Below are positions 59,063-64,000 of a stretch of DNA of 64,000 nt, one piece after another (the first letter of the stretch is position 1; each line of letters starts with the position of its first letter). Below the pieces are notes generated by a model. That model was not told the DNA's origin. It did no database searches and worked only from the letters and a program-made list of their open reading frames with translations. Source of the stretch: the human T2T-CHM13v2.0 reference genome, Homo sapiens; the NCBI RefSeq assembly GCF_009914755.1, contig NC_060926.1; one strand, written 5' to 3'. The translations under genes were made by a program, and so were the position numbers.

Positions 59063-59485
59063 CTGTGCCAGAAACTGGCTAGCTGTTCACCAAATCTTCT
59101 TCTTGTTTTTCTTCCTCTATATTCAAGTAGATTGTATTTCTCTCTCTTCCTTGCTGTTGGTTGTGGCCACTAAACTAAGCTCTAGCCTATCCCTTTTTAG
59201 TGGAAGTGCATCACCTACAAAAGCCTCCCCCACACAAGGCCCTCCATACCCTTTCCCTTTCTGCCAGTGCAGTAGGGGAGCTCAGTTGTGTTTGGGTGCT
59301 ATGCTGCAGAAGGCAAAGCCACGGAGTGAAAGGACTCTGGTTCCCTGAATCATCACTTAGGAGAGAGCCAACCACCAATCCAAAACACCTGTTTAGGATT
59401 TTATGGAGCCAACATATAAATTTCCATTGTATTTGTACCACTACACATTTATCATTGCTGTTGTTTAAGTTGTCACCATAACTAT
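59063..59485 (+). mobile_element. MLT1J-like MaLR LTR
   Basis: tgtgccagaaactggctagctgttcacc...ccttgctgttggttgtggccac...ctggttccctgaatcatcactt. Confidence 0.7.
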
Positions 59486-59904
59486 TGCAATAGTTATTGT
59501 CATGTAAAGCCATGTTTTATCTCTATTGTTCAGAGACCTCGTGCCATCTGAAAGGCCATTGTGAATTTTCACTAAAACAGAAATGTATCACTCATGCACC
59601 ATCAAATAATCACTTTAAATAATTAATTTAGAAAAAATAATTGTTGCTCCACACTGTATATCTAGGATCCTCTCTGCCTTATTTCTCTAGTTATAAGCTC
59701 AGAAAGTTTTTTTTTAACCTTTCACAGTGTGTTAAGAATAGTAGAAGCTCAGGAGATAACAGTAGACTGAAGCTGATTGAAATCATTATTGAAATTTTAC
59801 TGTTGTACTCCATATTCATCTTTTATACTTCTACAAATGCAAAGAGTGCAGTGACATTGGAAGTCAATTTAGTTCAGAATAAATATAGTATGGATACTTT
59901 TTTT

Positions 59905-60210
59905 TTTAAAGGCAAATACAAATTTATTTGATTATAATTTTACATGACTTGGGAGCCTTTAGAATGAAGACACAAAGATGAAGGAAACAGTCCATTTTTA
60001 TACTTAGGTTCAACAAAGTATGTATAGCATGTGCGAATATGATTGGACAAAAAGGGTATGATCTAATGCTAATAGACTGAGTGGGAAAACCCAGTAAGGC
60101 CTGTCTGTTTAGATTCTTCCTGGCCTTTCTGTGCAGCATTCCTTACTTCTGGGTAGGGGGCAGGAGCCTCTCTGGAATGGGGGGTCTTATGACCTACAGT
60201 CAAATACTTC
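59905..60210 (-). mobile_element. MER67-like ERV1 LTR fragment
   Basis: atatgattggacaaaaagggtatgatctaatgctaatagactgagtgggaaaacccagtaaggcctgtctgtttagattcttc. Confidence 0.7.
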
Positions 60211-61764
60211 TTTCCTCAAGAACCCACCCCCTAAAAATCTTTGTTTTAAAGGCATACAGTGTATAAATAGTTGGAAGATTTTTAAAGCATTATCAAGCCA
60301 TTTAAAGTTTAGCTAATATATGTGGAAGACCACAAAGATTGTTTTGTAATATTGAGGAAGCTCACACTTTACAAGAAAACTGTACCATTTTAGTGATCAC
60401 CCCAAACTACAAAATAGCAGAGTATAACTGACTCACCTCTATTATTTATTCTGTCATTTACTTCTCTTCATTAGGTGTTTCGTTTAGAAAGTTAGAGAGA
60501 GAAATTCTATCTGTGGAAACTGCTCTTCCCTTCCCAAAAGAATATCTGTAAGTCACATATGTTATAATACATTTGCATTCTTAAACAAATAGAACTCAGA
60601 CGAACAATTTAAAAATGATTATTTATGCCCTAAGAAGCTGTGTTACCCTGAAGTGCCATCGAAAGGTCAACCATTGCCTCAAACTCTTCTGTGTACACCC
60701 TGACCTGGAAGTACCATTGATAACGACCCCTCAGCTGCAGGACTTGAAGACTTAATCATTTGACATACAAGCAGCCCGGGGCATTCGTAGCTGGCATTTT
60801 CTTTTGTGAGATGTACACAAACAATATGCATTTTAAACAACTCAAAGCACCAGTGCCTAAAATAGACCTGGCACAGGGCTCCTACTCAGGAGCAGCTTCT
60901 CGCCATCTCAGCTCTCTCACTCGGAGGCACATGCCGGGGAATGTGGAGCTGGCTAAGGCAGCTGGAACGAGAAGCTGCACGTACTATTGGCATTTCCCCC
61001 ACATTTCAAGGCACACTTGTCATCTGGATCACGGAAACTTAATTACTGGGTGATGTAACTCCAGCCCCTTTGGGAGGAAATTTTAGGCATCGTTCGGAGA
61101 AAGAAAACTCTTTGCTGGGAAAACTTTACCCCCTTGTTTTCTAAGTAAAACCTGAATTGAAGGCATTTGGATAAATGTCTTGATCACTGTGTTCCCTTAA
61201 GTCGTGCCAATATGTTTTTGTGAAGAGAGTCACAAATTATCAATAATTTCAAGTCTCATTGAGAATTACCCAAGGCCTCTGGAGAAAACTTAATACTGAT
61301 AAAACCAAGGCGTGGAAAAAGCTGTGGATCTAGAATCTGTGTTTTCTAATGCCAGCAGGGAAAACTTCAGATGGCAAAAATGAGTATCTTTTGGAGGAAA
61401 GAATCCTGAAAAATAATGAAAATGAGTCTTAGCTTGTCAGTTGGAAATCTACATTCTAAAAAGAGGAGCCATTTATTTTTAATGTGAAAGAAAAATAAGC
61501 TGATCAGAGAATACCTTTTTATACAGAGCTACCAAAGTAATCTACCTATCACTTTTAGAGGGAATTGGTGGAGAATCTCACTCCTTCATCTAAAATCTTC
61601 GGCTGAGTTACATGTGGCCTGTAATGCCATCCACAAAATGAAGAGTGCTTCCATTGTGTATGGTATGCAGAAACCCTGGAACTCAGGCCTAACTACAGAG
61701 TCCAAATGAAATGCCACGAATTGGCATCAGCTGCAAGGCCATTTGGCAGAAAATCACTACCATA

Positions 61765-61830
61765 GGCATTAATTCAACCATTTATTCATTCAACACACAT
61801 TTGAGCTAGGCATTAAAGTTGGTATGAAGA
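61765..61830 (-). mobile_element. L2 3' tip
   Basis: attcaaccatttattcattcaacacacatttgagctaggc. Confidence 0.45.
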
Positions 61831-64000
61831 TGGCTTTGCGGAAAAAGAGCCAGCAGAGTGGACATATGCATTGCCAGAGAAGGCAGCATAGCACACGCTG
61901 TGCAAAGATTCACCCTGGGATTGTCAGACACAGGTATTTGACTCTTTTTTGCTATTTAATATTTTCAATAATTTATTTTGTCCATTGAAGGATTTAATCT
62001 TAATAAAAAGAAGTGGAGGAAAGCAAAATAAAACAAAACACAAAAAGCTTAGTACCATGAAATGTGACGTCTCTCTCCTATTCTTTCCATTACTTGACAC
62101 CAAGAAAATGAAACCTTACTCTTACCATGTGCTGTGTTTTAATAAACTGTACATTAGTTTCATTTAACTGCTCCAGCCCCTGGCTATCCACTTTTCTGTA
62201 TATTAGTTTTAAATACACATTGCTTGCAATAACACTGTAGCTGGAGCTGTGCCTCAAGTTAAGAAATGGTTACGATTGCTTTACATTTGCAGTCCCATTG
62301 AAAACATTTATTCAATCAAAGGGAAAAATAAATGTGGTCCCTCAGCTTTGTCAAGTATAAACTGTTATTGATCCCCTAAATGAAATTTGTTCATGCTGAT
62401 CGATCAAACACATTATCTTTTTTTCAGTCTATTACCAGCAATTGGAAACTCTCAAGCGTCAATAGTCATTTGACCACATACAGCTGTAAATTTGGATGAC
62501 AGCTTTCAGACCTGAATTATCTCTCCCTGTCCATCTCTTCCAAAAGTAACGTCGACATTGAGGTGATTTCTCTATGAGCTGATGGCTTAAAAAAATTAAA
62601 TAACACATTGGCAATAATTGGTGTATCTAGTGCTAAGCTGCATGGCCACGGGGAAGAGTCAAAGCTATAAAACATGGCTTTAGTGGCAGCAGACCCATAG
62701 GCCTCCTCTCCTTTTCCTGATCTTACACTAGAGGCCATCTCAACTTCTTCATACATCACTAATACACAGAATCATTCATTATTGAATTTTCCTCCTCAGA
62801 AGTTCTGCTACCATTGGATGGCATCTGACTTACTACCCAACTTTAATGCATGCACCTTACATAACAAACTAATCCACTAGGAGCACAACTCCTCTATAAT
62901 GCACCCAACGTTTATATGAAAGATGGACTTCAGGCAAACTTCCAGTTCTGCAAGGTCTTAAAAACCAAGTCTGACCTGACAAAGGCAAACAAATTCCATT
63001 CATTCATTCATATATTCATTCAGCAAGCTTGTCAGACATTTATTCATTCCAATCTCATATTTCTGTCTTATATTTCTATTTAAGCAACACTATAAAATGT
63101 CCTGTTGTATTATAAGATTTATTACACTGCAAGTCAAAGTGCATTGCCTATACATAATGAAGCATAGTGCAGTAAGTTGATTACATGATGTTGTACTTGT
63201 TCCCAACATAAGCATTTGTATTCTCTATCATAGCCACATAAATCTGACGAGTCCTAGAACAGAGCTAAAGAGTAAAAATATTCCATGGTCATAATCACTC
63301 AAATCAGGCAAATCCCAGAACATATTTAAATATGTGGACTAAAAATGTAAAGTGATTACAGATAACCAGAAGAACATAAGCATTTGTTTTAAATAAGATA
63401 ATGATATCACTCCCATTTCAGTACACAGGAAGAATTCTACTGTCCTTACACTATCTCTCAATAATGAAGGATTTATATTTTATGATAATCTATTGTTAAC
63501 AATTCTTTCAGCAGATGGATACATGTATTGAGCTGGTTCAAATACTGTGGAGTCTTTTCTTAGTTTATAATTTTAGTATTCATTAAAGCAGGTCTTCTGC
63601 TTCTTTTACTATAAAAACAATTTCTCACTATTAGTTTCAAACTCAAGGTATGTCTTCAAAAGGAACTTAATTTAAGGTTGACTGTATTATTTAAAAAGTA
63701 ACTTTCACCTCTTAATAGCCATCATTAGGGACTGACTTTCTACTGCTGTCAATATCGTATATGTTTGTCTTCTGTCTTGCTGATAGGTAATAATTTTCCA
63801 AGCAAGCTTAGGGAGTAGTGACTCTTTATTAAAACTAATAAGAGAGGGAATCACAGGTTTTAAAAGATTACTCTGTAAATTATTACTGACAAGTCTGTCT
63901 TGAACTCCTAAGCTGAAAAGAAACAATGAAAAGTTAACATACCTTGACACCACAGTGAGCTGGCAGCTTTTCTGCCTTGCACTTCCCTAGTATAAAAAGT

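Noticed and set aside
59541-59558. CTCF-like tggcctttcagatggcac on the minus strand
   Set aside because: An extra base in the core breaks the motif register

Overview
Primate (human-like), AT-rich, CpG-depleted genomic DNA with no supportable cellular protein-coding gene, RNA gene or CRISPR array. The window is a mosaic of interspersed repeats: about 12 AluS copies or fragments, L1s from old L1M/L1ME to L1PA3 (largest: a dead, 5'-truncated ~4.1 kb L1PA6-like copy at 42766-46886), MaLR/ERV solo LTRs, hAT and TcMar MITEs, MIR and L2. Unique stretches between them carry candidate enhancer or CTCF motifs and a few splice-site-bounded candidate exons. Almost all ORFs in the track are repeat-derived or chance. 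I found no evidence for a new multi-gene system. The best leads are structural: a triple-nested insertion series, an ~83-bp micro-inversion in an old L1, a doubly truncated L1 without a target-site duplication (TSD), and a 46-bp dispersed direct repeat. A speculative secreted-micropeptide-like ORF lies at 18076-18297. Subfamily names come from remembered consensus sequences and need RepeatMasker/Dfam confirmation. Boundaries of old repeats are approximate.
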